From assembly GCA_013239625.1 (NCBI GenBank), contig MU054041.1:1-64000 (forward strand): a stretch of 64,000 bases of DNA, in the 5' to 3' direction. A program made the position numbers and the translations under genes. Every line of letters starts with the position of its first letter. Within the stretch, counting starts at the first letter, position 1. The notes under the pieces are model-generated. The model made no database searches and had not been told where the DNA came from. It saw nothing but the letters and a program-made list of their open reading frames with translations. Below, one piece after another: positions 38,921 through 52,790 of the stretch. The DNA comes from Lama guanicoe (Eukaryota).

Positions 38921-41900
38921 CTCCGGTTAGACCAGGTATTTTTAAGTGAGAGTTTCATGGAAAAAGAAAGTTTTCTGGTATAATAAATGAATTTTATTAA
39001 ATGGAAACTATTTAACTAGTTTAAGTTTACTTTAAGTATAAAGATCCATGCATCTGTTTTTAATACTAAAACTTGGGATTTTGTTATAAAGTCTAATTTC
39101 CTTATAATTAATGACTGGTGAAGTAAATCACCTAACACGTGACCAAGATACAGTTTCGTAACACAATGATGGAGACACTGAACTAAAAGTGATTGATACG
39201 ACTTGTCTGTGTTTATTGGGATCCTCTCTTCTAGGATTTTGTACTTCTGTGCCTCCTGCTTACCAGATTTCACATTCTTAATGTCTCTGAGTGCCTTTGT
39301 TCAGAGTTGAATTTAAGTGCTACACTGCTGGTACACGGTTAAGTAGTGCTGCTTCCTCCAAAACCTTAAATTTCTGATTACCTCTTTTATTAGTTATTTT
39401 AGGAATTAATTGCGTGTCTTCTTTGTGTGGTGCCGTGGTAAGTGGACATCAGAAGGTATCTTGGCTACTCCACGTAAGCACACAACCTAGGCAGACACCC
39501 CTGTGATTCCAACGAATGCCCCTGGTCACCTATGACCAGCTTGTTCCTCTATATAAATACAGGAGCTGCCACTAGTTGAAACTGTTTCCCATATAAACTC
39601 TGTCCGCATGTGCTTAAATGCCTGTCTCTTTTATTAGAGAGCCATATGTTTTATCCACTATCATAATAATCTTTTTTGGGGGGTGGGGGGGAAGGCACTT
39701 TTTATTGGAATCTAATTTGAAAGATTTCACTGGGCAGAAACATAGAAAGAAGCCTTGATAACCTTCTATATAACAACACTATTAAGTAAGCAATTTATCT
39801 AGAGAAACTCAGACATTTTTATCGCTTATTCATTTCAATTCATTATCTTCTATTCAGTATTAGCACTGTCTTGGAAACCTGTATTTTTAAATTGATTGAC
39901 TATTTCTCCTTCTTGCTCAGTGAGTACACATGACACTACAGTGAATGTTCAGTGGCTGGCAATATCGATGCACTACAGTGTGGTAGTGATTCCAAACTGC
40001 AAGGTAACTACAGTCATTAAACCAAATTTATGACTTTCAAATTTTAGAAAAAATTAGTATCTTAATACTTAAGATTTAAGATACTTATCTTAAATGTACT
40101 GTAGTTACTAATGTTCATACTATAGTGGTTGACCCCTCAAAAGAAAAGGTAATGGATAAAACCAACGTGAGATACCTTAAAACAGAAAGGAGTAACTACT
40201 TCCAGGGGCATCATGCCATAGAGAAGAGGCAAAAATAACCAAAAAGACTACTTGTAAGTGCCAGGTATGAGAGATCATTTATCCTATCATAAAAAGTATG
40301 CTCATACTTAACCATTTTCAGATAATTTATCTACTGTTATGTGTATATTCTTAAAATAGAATGTGAGATTTCTGTCTGTGTCTGAGTATATGGGAGAATG
40401 CCCCCGCCACTGTGTTTTTTATTCCAAGATTGAGAAAACACTAGGTACTCAAGACAGTTTGATTGTCATCATGTTTCACTTGATGGGTTTGACTGAAGTT
40501 CTTTTTTTTTAACTAAATTTCTTACCATTGTGTTTCAGAATATTTTCTTATCTCATTATCATTTTGTCATTTATAATGAAGTACATAAATTTATCTACAT
40601 CCCTGTGCTATGTAAATACCTATCCTGTTATTTTTCTCTACAACTCATATATCAAGGGTTCCTAGAAGATGTGTTATTGTTGTACAGTAAAGCCTTATAT
40701 TTTAGAATTATGCCTTCAATTCAGAGTTAGAGAGCTTTTCCCCCTGTTCTGGCAGGGTAGCCAATTCAGGATGTCCATGGAAAATTATAGCCATTCATCA
40801 ATGAAGGCGAGGGAGTAATCTTTTATTGTGAAACCTTAGGCTTCTGGATGATTGTAAACTATCACAGACAGAATTACTCCCACTGTACTCCTTGGGGGCT
40901 TCTCGCTTCTCAGAGAAGGAAAACAGAAACAGTAAAGTTTGTTTTCTTCTTAACCACTCTCTACCTGGAGATTCCAAGTAAGTCCTTGCTTCAGATTTCT
41001 TCTAGATGTTAAGCCCTTTTCTCTTGGACAGTATTAAATCGTTGGATTCAAATTAGTGTAACTTGTAATGTGGTCTAGTCTACTGTCAAATCTACTGTGT
41101 GGTTTAGGCCCAGGGAAGTCATTGGTTTATGAATAGATAGGGCAGCCTGCTTCCAGGAGACAAAAGAGACAAGAAAGAGGGTTTTGTTTTTACATTATTT
41201 TCTTCTTTTCTCAGTAGTTGAAAATATGGCAACTCTTCTGGTTAGCTACCTGAGAACCATAACGAACCACAGTTACCTCTACTTGCAACATAGAAGATTT
41301 TCTCCATTTTCTATAGAAGCTCTTGTGTGACAACCCAGCCCTTTTATTCCTTTAATTTGTCTGGTAAAGCAGAAAGGAAAGTCAATGGTTTTGCTAAGAA
41401 TGATTGATACATTACCACCTAGTGGTTCACCTTTCTTACCATATTTCCCTGCCTTACCACATCTGTTTTTATTCCCAAATTTTTGCAAGTCACGATTTTT
41501 AGGTTTTGTAGGAACCAATTAATTTTGCCATCACGATTATGGTAAAGCTCATTTGTATTTAAATAAATAGGGAAATGATAACTGATAATTGATTTAAAAT
41601 TTTATGCCTGGAAAGAGTGTGTCCTCTTTTACTGCAGTTTTTGGGGAAAAAAACAAAACAAAACTGTGTAAAAACTAATTTTATCTCAGGTTACAAAATT
41701 CCTAAAGTCAAGAGCCAATTACTTTTATTATTAAACTCACGGAATGTAATTTTACTGCTAATAACATCAGTATCATGATAATAGATGATGTCTTAAAAAG
41801 ACCTGTTGACTATTAAAATTTAACTCCCTGCACATGGGCAAGTAAATTCTGTGTTTCTTCCATATGTAAGGGATCATATCTTAGATATGTTAGGTGAGAT

Positions 41901-42904
41901 TTTTTCACATAATGTAGCTGAAATATGGCATCTGGATTTCAAAAATTCCAGAATGACAGGCATTCATCGTGATACTTAATGTCTTTTGGAAAAGAGATTT
42001 CAGCTGTTAGTAATATATACTAGGAAATGAAACTTATTAGAAAAAGCTTAAGCCTCAGAAAGGATTTCAATTTCATATAATTAGATTTTTCATAAAATTA
42101 TAGAATGTTTGAGCTGGAGGAAAATTTGAAGATACTCACAGTCAGTTCTGTAATTTTCCACATGAGGATGTGGAGGCATGGGAATTGTATATGTAAATTT
42201 TAGTTTTCCAGTTTTGTGAAAGGTTTGGGGAATAACTTTTCACATTCCAAACCTTACTTGTCCTTAGTGTCCATATTTGTTTATGTTCTATCGTCAGGTT
42301 GTGCAGAGAACTGCAAACCCAGACACATAAGTGTCTTCTCTGCACATGAATCTAGCCTGATTATAGAATCAAATGCTAAAGGAAAGTGTGAACCTGAATT
42401 CCACCAGAGAAAGCTATTATGATGATTTATTATGAACATGATTCATTATATCATCACTAAGATGGGAACAACAACCTGCATTACAAGGGCTACATGGCTC
42501 CACTTCTCACACCATATATTAGAAACCTTAAGCCCAAACTGTGACAGGTATGTATAAAGGGAATTGATTTAAACTCTCTTAAAAATGCAAATACATTCAT
42601 AACTCTAAATCTGCACATATATTCTACCACTGACTTGGACTTCTAAACAGTTTCAATTTTCTACCGTTTTTATGGAATTTCCATACTTATTTTATATAAG
42701 AGATGCAGTTTTGTCATTAGAGACACAAATGCATCCTCAGAAAGTTTATATGTATGTCAGGAGCGCTTAGTAAATCATCTTTGACAGAAAATAAAATATG
42801 TATAGAATAACAATGAAAAGACCAATGCTTATCAACATACTTTTTTTGGTCTTAGTCTTCCTCGGAGCATTGATAACAAATCTAGAACATATCACTTACT
42901 CTCT

Positions 42905-43146
42905 CTTCTTGTTTACACACGGAATGAGTACTGGGGAAAGTTAGGGCCTGGCATTCCAACTCTAGGATTCCTGAGCCTCCTCGTTGTTCCCGTTAAAGGA
43001 GGTACTTAACATAAAACCAGATTGAAATTCAGCTACAAATCACTTCCTCACTCAACTGCAATACTCTGTGAGAGAACTGGGTCAGGAAAAACAGTGATAA
43101 CTGACATTCAAAGTCCACGGTGTTACAGTCAAAGTCACCGTAAGTA
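42905..43146 (+). promoter_or_regulatory. Putative endoderm-type promoter or enhancer with a possible first-exon donor
   Basis: TGTTTAC (FOX) 42910; CATAAA (CDX-like) 43010; CACTTCCTC (ETS) 43041; TGATAA (GATA) 43095; CAAAGTCCA (HNF4) 43109; CAAAGTCA 43130; GTAAGT 43140. Motif evidence only. Confidence 0.4.
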
Positions 43147-43191
43147 TGTATGATGGCTCATTTGAGGTGGCAGTTCTCTTGAAAAGAAGGG

Positions 43192-43219
43192 GTGTGTGTG
43201 TGTGTGTGCGCGCGCGCGC
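43192..43219. repeat. (GT)n(CG)n alternating purine-pyrimidine tract
   Basis: gtgtgtgtgtgtgtgtgcgcgcgcgcgc, 28 bp. Confidence 0.95.
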
Positions 43220-44289
43220 TTTTTATCACAGTGATTTGTAGATGTTGTGAATTCTCTGCAGCTGAATTAGTGACTCCATAGTGACATTTGATTTTTCCTA
43301 AATTTTCAGAAGTAGTCCACAAATCAAATAACCTCAAATTTTTAGCACTTAGAATTTATTAAAAGTATACCATAGAACTTGTTTATTTCTCTATTATTAT
43401 TATTTTTGTAGTCAACTAATTGTCAAAATGTTTGACATGAGAGAGAGAACGTGAGCAAATTACAAATTCAGCTTATTCCAAAAGAGATCTATCTGTTGTT
43501 AGATCTGTCATCTTTGTCACTGGTAAATGAATTCAAAGGCAATTTGCAGCTTGAGAAATTTTGATGTTGCTGGTGATTGTAGTGTCATCTAATGATGATG
43601 ACAATGGTGATGACAGCAGTAACAACAGCTTCTATTTATAAAATCCCTGTGTAAGGCCAGGCCGTCCCTTATTTTAATCTCATTTGGTAGAGAACTCAGC
43701 AATGAGAATATATGGTATAAAGAAATGATATTGGTTACTGAGATAAAACTAAGAAAATAATATCTAAATTTCACTAAAAATTTGAAACAATGCAAATGCT
43801 AAAAATATTCCCTGAAAGCAATTCCGTTAGTATAAAATGATATTGTTAATAATAGTTTTGTTTCTAAAACAAAATCATTGGTAAAGAGAAAAAGAAGAGA
43901 AATTCTGTTAAATATATTATCTGAAATGGAAATAATCAGGAATAATCCATTTTTTAAGAAGTTTGGGAAAATCATGGTGATAAAAATCTAAGATTTTAAC
44001 CAGTAATAGGAAGAAATGCATATTTTTCAAAGTATTGGTAAAGAGTCAAATTGAGGGGGATCAAAGCAAGCAAAGAGGCATTAAAAATAGACAGGAACTT
44101 CGAATCAAACCTGACACTGTAGTGGGATTTAGATGGATCCTTCCGCCTTACACAACTAAGAAGCAAAGATAGGAAGCACACATGAAGGGCCTGTTTGCCA
44201 GGCACTGGGCAGCATGGGGCTGTGATGCTTGAAAGGAACATAAGAGGTGACCTCCACATCCAATCTGCTTACTGTGGGGGTCATTACCC

Positions 44290-44740
44290 AAAATGTGATG
44301 CAGGGAATTGGAGCCTAAACAGAGCAGACCTTACCAGAAGATACAAGGTTCAGAGGTAGAGGCAGGGGTTCCTGAATCAGCTGTAGTTTGCAGGACAGGA
44401 CACCAGTGATTAAGGCTTTGCCCAGATAAGCAGATCTGGAGCATCACATAGGGTCCTCCTTGAGGTTTTGCCTGAAGACTAAGCTGTGTGTGCACTGAGA
44501 CAGATGCTGTGAGGCCAGACAGAGAAAAGCTAATGGGGGACAGGGAAGATACTTCACTGAACATCTAGGTTTCCATTGTAACCTGAGAAAGATGTTTTAG
44601 AAGTAGGATGTCTCTAGCCCTTAAATAAATAATAGTCTGGGTCCTACCTAACAGCACCTGAAACTAAAGTTTGACAGGATCAAGCTGATTTGCCTGTTTG
44701 CCAGAACAAAATTCAATAAAATTTAGATGGATGTAAAAAA
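44290..44740 (+). mobile_element. Old L1M 5'-region fragment (L1MC/L1MD-like)
   Basis: aggatcaagctgatttgcc...gccagaacaaaattcaa and cactgaacatctaggtttcca resemble old L1M 5' consensus. Confidence 0.55.
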
Positions 44741-47589
44741 ATAAAAATATATACGTACATTTGGGAAGTGCATGTCTGCTTCCCTGCTCTTGCCCATAAC
44801 TCTCCTGCAGGTATGTCCCCGAGTAACAGCAATGACAAAAAAGGGAGCAAATGTAGGAAGAATTAGAGCACTAAAAACTTCACTGAAGCCTCCACTGTGG
44901 ATTTAAAATAGAAACAGCAGCTTGGGGACTCCCTCATACTTACATTAAACCTGTCTGTTACTTTGGATTTAGTAAACAGGACATTCACCAGGTTAGGTAA
45001 AATAAAAAGGCTTTCTGCTTTTGTTTTCAACTTTAAAGTAAATGCACTCACTTGTTAACAGATTTGTATTCCCTTAAGTTCTATGTGGGTTTGAATACTA
45101 AATATTTTTTATGTCACTACAGTTAGAAATAAAATATACAATATCTAACACACCTGAACTACCATGAAAATACATCCAACCACAATATAACTGACAATTT
45201 TTCTAGCTTACAGTAAATCATCTTTAAATAATCCAAAATGCTTTTCTAATGTTAATCATTTTAATTTGCATTCAACTATATACAATACATATATACTAAG
45301 CATTGTATAAATATTGCCCTTTTAATGTAAAAGACTAAATATATTCAAAGATTATTAATATTTAAATTCTTTGCTAACTTTAGCTTATAGTGTTACCCTT
45401 GTTTTTGAGCAATGAGAAGTGATAAACAGATATAGGGTGTTTTTACTATACTGTTTTATTAATATGAGATAGAATTATTTGATGGTTACCTATACTTTTA
45501 GAAAGATGGACTTTGACCTAATTTTTTTAACAAATAGTTCATTTAAAGATTGTTCTTTTTCTAGCTTTGTCCTAATTAAAGCATCTTCTTCTAGCTCTGC
45601 CCTAATTAGAAGCAGTATCATTTTTGAAACAAACAAATGGGTAGATTAGAAGTATAGACTAACCATGGGGAAATAAAAGAGAAAATATTGGCTTAGTAGC
45701 TCTATGTAAATTTAAGAAATTGAGTTACTTTAATATTAATCATTCATACTTAACCTAACTTTCTTGTTTGCCATACACCAGAGGTACCCCAAATTACCAT
45801 TGATCAATAGTTTGAAATTACAGCATTTGAACTTTAACCTTTAATTCTGCTGTGTTGTGCTCTGTGTTCCATCATTAGATTTTGTAGGAATTATTCATTC
45901 TAGAAGTAGACTAATATTGTTCAGACTCTAGCAGAATTTTAAAAGTGAACTGCTTTTATTTACAGGGATCTTAAAAACAGAAGGAAACTATTTTGGATTA
46001 CTGTGAGCAGATGCCCCTTTATTGACAGTGAGAGGCATTGAGGGGACTGGTAAATACAGAGTGGACTATTCAGATCCTTGGATATCTAATACTTCACTGT
46101 GACAAAACAGGACAAGAGCAAACTAAGACTTTGCAGCAGCTACACTTCATGGGGTGAGGGTGGGGGGCAGTCTATAGCAGAAAGAGCACTGAATGTGCTG
46201 TGTCAAAATTAGTAGAGTTGTAAGAGTTCCTTAACCAATTTTTTGTTTCATTTTGGTGAATTACTTAACTCATTCAAACTTCAGTTTGCTTAATTATAAA
46301 TTAAGATCGTTGGCTTTCTTTAAGATGCCTTTTAACTCTGAAATTTGAGGCCCACTTGCTAGTAATTTATCACAGAGACTTGATACCGATTAATTTTTTT
46401 ACCTGTATAAGTAATCTTTCAAGTGCAGATTATTTAGGTGGTAATTCAGCGCAAATGCCTATAAGCTTCCTCTTAGTCATCCCAACAACAGATGTGTATA
46501 AAGTGGGAAGCTAGTTCTCCTCTGGCCCTGTGGTGCCACACAGGGTGTTGTATGGAGTAGTTGTTCTGCTCTGTGATTTATAAGGGACTTGAGGTCTAAC
46601 TGTTGGAACCATGTTGGAAATTCTTAAAGGGCTTATCCTTAGGATGCATGGATTATGGATGAAAACAGTTCATGGAAATATAGGCTCCCTTATCACAGGG
46701 TCTGATTTACCCAGGGCCAGTCTCAGTATAATTCTTAAGAGTGCCCCTTTCCATTCTCAAAAGTGTCCTTTTTGCTTGATAAAAAATATTTCAAGTGTAT
46801 CTCTATGTAATTTTAGAGAAGTTATTTCCATCTTATCTTTAATAAGCCATTTCATAATATGCAAAATAACATGTATTAGAAGTATTCTCTTTTACGTCAT
46901 ACTATTTAAACTCCTTCCCAATTGCCCTGTTTCTTTGTTTAGCTTTTATGTTAATTCTTTACAATTGTACTGTTACAAAATTGGTGTTTCTTTGCATTTT
47001 CCTCTAATATTTTCCTTTTTTGTTTTCTTGGCAATAACAAAAGAAGCGAAATATCTAATCTATTCCTTGAATCTATGAACTTCATCACAACCCGTAAGAT
47101 ATATTGAAATCAAGTTTAATTGAGAGTTTTCTTAATGCTTGTAACAGAACTTTGCAAAGGAGATGTGTTTCTGCCTAAACGGTATTTACTGAAAATTTTC
47201 CATGTTCTGTTTTTTTTTTTAAAAACTGGATGGAAAGGCCATTAACTCCATTCTGTAGGTTGTTCTCCCAACACTGTCCATTCAATATATTTTAAAAACA
47301 TATTTAGAAAAACAAATGGATAGAAAGATTCTGAAAGTTACTTTACTTAAATATAACCCCCCAGTATTTGGCAAATGTATGAACTGTTAGCTTGAGTAGG
47401 TGAGAAATATTCTATAAAAAACTAAAAAGACAGGCTTTCGTGAAGATAGGGCACTTCTGACAGGTGAAAAGTTATTGATTTACAAGAAACCTGTGTCTTC
47501 TAAATTTAGAGATGGACAATCTGAAAACTACTATGATATCAGAGCTTTCCCCCAATATCTAGACAAAATAAATGTCTCTAATGTGACTT

Positions 47590-47890
47590 GGCATAGAAGT
47601 AGGTGTAGTGGCTAAGAGCTTAATATTGGAATAGAGATAATGAATCCAAATGTTGCCTCAGTCACTTTAAATTGTTTGGTTTTGTGCATGCTATTTTTAA
47701 AAAAAATTTCATGTGGTTCAGTCTCTTCATTTTTAAAATTTAAGTGATCGAGAGGTTAATGATAATTAATAATAAAATAACCAGCCTCACAGAGATATAA
47801 GAAAAAAAGAGATGCTGCATGTAATTCACTAAGCCTATCGCCTGGCAAAAATTATTAACTAATAAATTAATAGCTATATTGTTAATATCT
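47590..47890 (+). mobile_element. MIR element
   Basis: gtgtagtggctaagagc; ttcagtctcttcatttttaaaat; aataaccagcctcacagag; gcctggca. Confidence 0.7.
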
Positions 47891-47934
47891 AGGACATTCT
47901 GGGCTCTGAAAAAATATAAAATGTTTTAAAAGGC

Positions 47935-48236
47935 AGGCTCTTGGGGAGAGGGCATGAACAGGCAGAACAAACAGGATTTTTAGGGCCATGAAATGTAACC
48001 ATAATGATGAATACATGTCACTATAAATTTGTTCAAACCTAAAGAATGTCAACACCAAGAGTGAACCCTAATGTAAATTGTGGGCTTGGGTGGTTCTGTT
48101 GGGTCTATGTAGGCTTAATCAAAGGCACCACTGTGGTGGGGGATGTTGATAATGGGAAGGCGATGCATGTGTAGCGGCACACGTTATATGGGAAGCCTCC
48201 CTTTCAAATTGGTTTTAAACTTAAAAGCTCTAAAAA
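47935..48236 (+). mobile_element. L1MC-type 3' UTR
   Basis: caacaccaagagtgaaccctaatgtaaa; caccactgtggtgggggatgttgataatgggaagg. Confidence 0.9.
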
Positions 48237-50059
48237 GGTAGGCTTAATTTTAAAAAGGTAGGAACTAAATAAAAAACAATAGTTGCATATTAATATGTTT
48301 TAGTTAAGTAGCAAGGTGGAATTGGAAAGTGAATTTATGGAATGGTTTTATAAAGAAAGAAGGTATATAAATTTTATAAAAATTAACAGTTTTAAAAAAG
48401 TATGGCTCTTTATAAATATAATGATGCTTCTTTTACTATATTGGAAAGAATGTGACCTTTATGAATGGCCACCTGACAAAATATTTAGAATATAGTACTA
48501 TATCTTTACCTTTTTTGTTTATACTGCTGATTTGATTAACCTAAGTACATAAATCATGCTTATATTTATGTTTTAGGTATTTTTACAGACATACATTTTA
48601 ACATGTATGAGTGTAATTTAATATACTTAGCATATTGCATTTTTATACATTTTTATAAGTATATGCGTTTTATTACTATACCTACTAATGTAGACATATG
48701 TTTAAATATTAGCCTTGACGTTTGCCATCAATGGAAGGAGGCAGTGTGACATTGCTTGAACTATGTCAGAAAGTTTTTAAAAATAGAAATAATGTAATTT
48801 TCTGTGCATATTCACCCAGTTATGTATATTAAAACTATATCAGTATTCACTGTTTATATCAAGTAGATCTACCATTTACCTTTTTTAAAATACTTGATTA
48901 TTTTATAAAAAATATACTTTATATTGAAACCATCTACATATATCTCTCTATATTTATCTGTTTATAAAATTTGAAATTAGACTTACTATTGGAATTTTTC
49001 ACATGAGACTTGAAACCCTATTTGAAAATGTAATATTGAATCTCCAGCCAACAAATTCTGTAGGGAAATTGTTCTGATTAGTACTGGGCTTTTGAACTCA
49101 ACTGATTTCTTCTGTATAGGGGACTGTAATGGAAAGAAAACACGCAGTACAAAGTGTAGCCATGGTAGTCTGAATGAGGAAACAGCAGAAGTTATTAATG
49201 GTGCCAATCACATGAGTCATTAGTTCTCCTAGCCTGCAGCCTCAAAGTACCCATCTTTCATATAAGTTAACATACTTCCAAAATAACATTATTGAGAAAA
49301 TGTTTACCACCAAAGAGAAAATACTTCCTTTCCTTCTACAAAATTTTCTTTGTCAAATATTATGGTGGAAACAAAAATAGGTAGAGGTAGCTGTTTAAAA
49401 GTGAAACTGTCCAAACATACTCAACAATACAGAATAGCTGAATATAAAAACTGAAGCTTCATCAAGAAAGTTAGGAAACTCAAAAATTCTATAGATATTT
49501 GCATTACATGATTTACGCTGTTAAAATGAAATACCAGTTCTGGGCATGTTAAATCTTGCTTACATTTGCTAGGCAATCATATGTCTGAAAACAATTACCT
49601 TATAGTATTTTTGTAAAGATTACGTGACAAACACATGATTATATATAGTGAAACAGTATTTTTATTTGATTTTAAATATCATTTATTTTATATTATAGTC
49701 TCATGCTCCAAGATTTGAGCTACTCCTGTTCCTCAGTGCACAGAGCATTATAATTGTTGTGTTTAACCCTTTTTCTTATTTTATGCTTTTGTTTTGTTTT
49801 TTACTTCTTCCCATGCTCTTTTACACATGGGCTTACTAAAGTACATTTGATTGATACTCCTGAAAAAGTAAATATATTTTAAAATATATATGCAGATTAT
49901 CTCTGGATTTTCCGTTTAATGATTATCAAATTACAGAGTGCCTTTGGTTTCTAAATTTGATTCACTCAACACTGGCTTTCAGATCACTCACTCCATGTTT
50001 TGTTGTGCATATTTAATTACTCCCCTCTAACTGCTTCTTAAGTACATGCCCTCTATCTA

Positions 50060-50640
50060 GATCTAAGATGTTTTTTGAGCTAATAAATTATCAAGTTTTC
50101 TAACTGATTGCCTTTCTGTAAGAAAGTTACATTTTCTCAAATCAATTATGATGGCTTACACTTTTCCAAAATCTGTTTCATAAAGGTTTCAGTGTACCCT
50201 CTTTCATTCTGTATTTTGTTCATTTTTGTCTTCTCTAAGTTTTATTCATCACTCTCACAAAAATGTTGCCTAACTTCTTAATCTTTTTAAAGTCCCAATC
50301 CCCTCCACTTTTTCCTTATTCTTACTGATTTCTGATTATATTATAATTATTCATATTTTGTTACTATCATTCTACTGAGTACTAATTCATTTGTTTTCAA
50401 ATAAATTAAAACTTTGTTTTCCAATAAAATTAAAAGCTACAAACTGTCTTCTAAATTCTGCTTTAGCTGTGCCCCACAAGTTTTAACATGCACTGACTTA
50501 ATTATTACTTATGATTTCTTTTATGACTTCCTCTTTAAGTTACTATTTTATTTCTAGACTAATAGGATTTTAAGATAGATTGTTAGTGGCTTTCTAATTT
50601 TATTTTATTGTGATTAGAAAATATATTCTGTTAATAGTAC
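50060..50640 (-). mobile_element. Old L1 ORF2 remnant
   Basis: aaagctacaaactgtcttctaaattctgctttagctgtgccccacaagtttt. Confidence 0.7.
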
Positions 50641-52790
50641 AGACCTCAAAGTCATTTAAGAAATTTAATTTTGTAAACTTCATTTTATAGTATTCTACTA
50701 CAAGAGTATTTAAATACATATTGACAATTAAAATGTGCACACACTCATATATGCTTGGAAAATTAGTACTAAAATATACCGCAAGATATTAATGGGGGCA
50801 ACTACATTTCTAAATAACTTAAGGTTTAGTATCTTAAACATTATATTTCAATATATGTAGTAAATTTCAGCTATCTATCGTAACTCTAAAAATTGTCCAC
50901 TCTATGTCTTTATTACACTAAAAAGGCCATAGTACTCTTCAGTAAGCCATATTTTTGATTGGGCTTAAGGTGATGTATCTAATATATAGACAAAATAAAT
51001 TAACTTACGTAGTTTTGAGACCAATCATGAGATGAACCAATTATGAAATTCACCAATAAGTCACCCTCTTCTTTTTTCCTAATGGTTTCTTGGTTGGAGA
51101 AGTTACTATTAATGATGCTTTTTATTTTTGTTTTTTATTTGGGGGTTTTTTGGTAAATATCAAAACTGTTCAGCCTCAAAACAGTTATTTTAATCTCTGA
51201 AAATTTCAATAACGTGTTCATTAAATATTTAGTTCTTCATCATTTTACTTATATTAATATCTAAAATGGCTTTCTAAATAGTACTAAGAAATAAATGTAA
51301 AAGTGGATACTTTTAAAGGTATATATAGCTTATGTTCTAGATTCCATATCTTTAATCATTTCACCAACATATCTTTTACAATGCGTACTTCTCCTAATAG
51401 TATTAATGACAACGTAGCATTGATTCACCTTTTGATTTAGATATTTCTAAGACTATATGATAATTTTTGTTTTGTATGGATATTTGAGTTCACATATTAC
51501 TGATCATTCATTTTAGTGTCCATGGACATAAAATGTTGTGTATTCATTAACAGGACTGTATCATACATCTCTCTCTCTCTCTCTCTCTATCATCTATTCT
51601 CAGTAGCTTTACTAAAGCTTTGCATCTGTTAGAATCTCACTGGAGCAACACTTACATAATTAAGATTTCCAAAAACATTTCTTCAAAGTTACTTCAGAAG
51701 CTTTCTATTGAACATTCCCATCACTGCTGCTTTCTGCAGCTACAGCACCAGTCATAGTCCAGAAGTTTGTTCCAACATTGCCCTTGTAATAATGATATAG
51801 AATGTATAGTTTGTGTGCTAGGCAAATGATTCAACTAGTTGTGCAAATACTTGAACTATTTCACAAAACTTCACGATAATTTTTTTAAAACCACTTTACT
51901 GAGGTATGTATGATCAACTGGTAAAAATCTCTTCATGTTCAATGTTACACAACTTGAAGTTTTGGAGACAGTGATTCTTTAAACTAGGATTTTTACTTTG
52001 TTCAAGTTATCCAACTTCTCCTGTAGATAGTAAGACATCAAATTCATTACAGTTCACGGATAGACAAGAGGAATTTTTTTTCTAGCTAATTTGTTTAGAC
52101 CATTGTGCTAATGAAGTCAAAAACATGGGCTTTACTCATTGTGTGCTAAGTGGCATTGTTCTGTTGTATTTACACTGACAACACTTCTGAGCAAACTGCT
52201 CATGAATATATGTCTGAATTACAGCAGGTTTTGATGATAAAATAAATGAATTTGTTCTTAATGTTGTTCTTTCAAACAGTGTTGCTATATATCTGGAAGC
52301 AGTTAAGGCACCTGGTGTACAAATATGAATGAGACTGAATCCCTGACCAGCCTTCAAATAGTCCATTCAAGTAAACACAGACTTTCTTATACCTAACTAC
52401 AATTCAATTTTAAGTTTTCTATAATTAGTATAAATGTACCTCCTAGTTTGAGTGTATAACATTTGTTTATCTTGGATTTTTCATTTTTAAACAAGTATTT
52501 TTAGTAAGTGATAGCATTAAAATGGCTAGGTTGAACTTGGTACACTTCTACACTTACAGCTTCAACTACAGCCTTATTCAATAAAATGATACACATTCAA
52601 AGAATTTTCATTTCCATATTTGGTTAAAAGTGACAGATGACTGACTGACAATATACTTTTTCCCTTTTCGCAGTCATTTCCATATAAGATATCACTAAAA
52701 CTTCCCTTTCAAGGACAGCATGCAGAGTATTCACAGATTTTAAAAAGTGGAAAACTGGGCACAAGAAATTTTAGGCATCTCTCTCTTTTT

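Noticed and set aside
42216..42422. Possible coding exon (CAENCKPRHIS...)
   Set aside because: Weak acceptor, no donor, ends in a stop, and no recognisable protein.
46611..47078. 155-aa + strand ORF
   Set aside because: Low-complexity F/L/I/S-rich translation of T-rich DNA with no recognisable domain.
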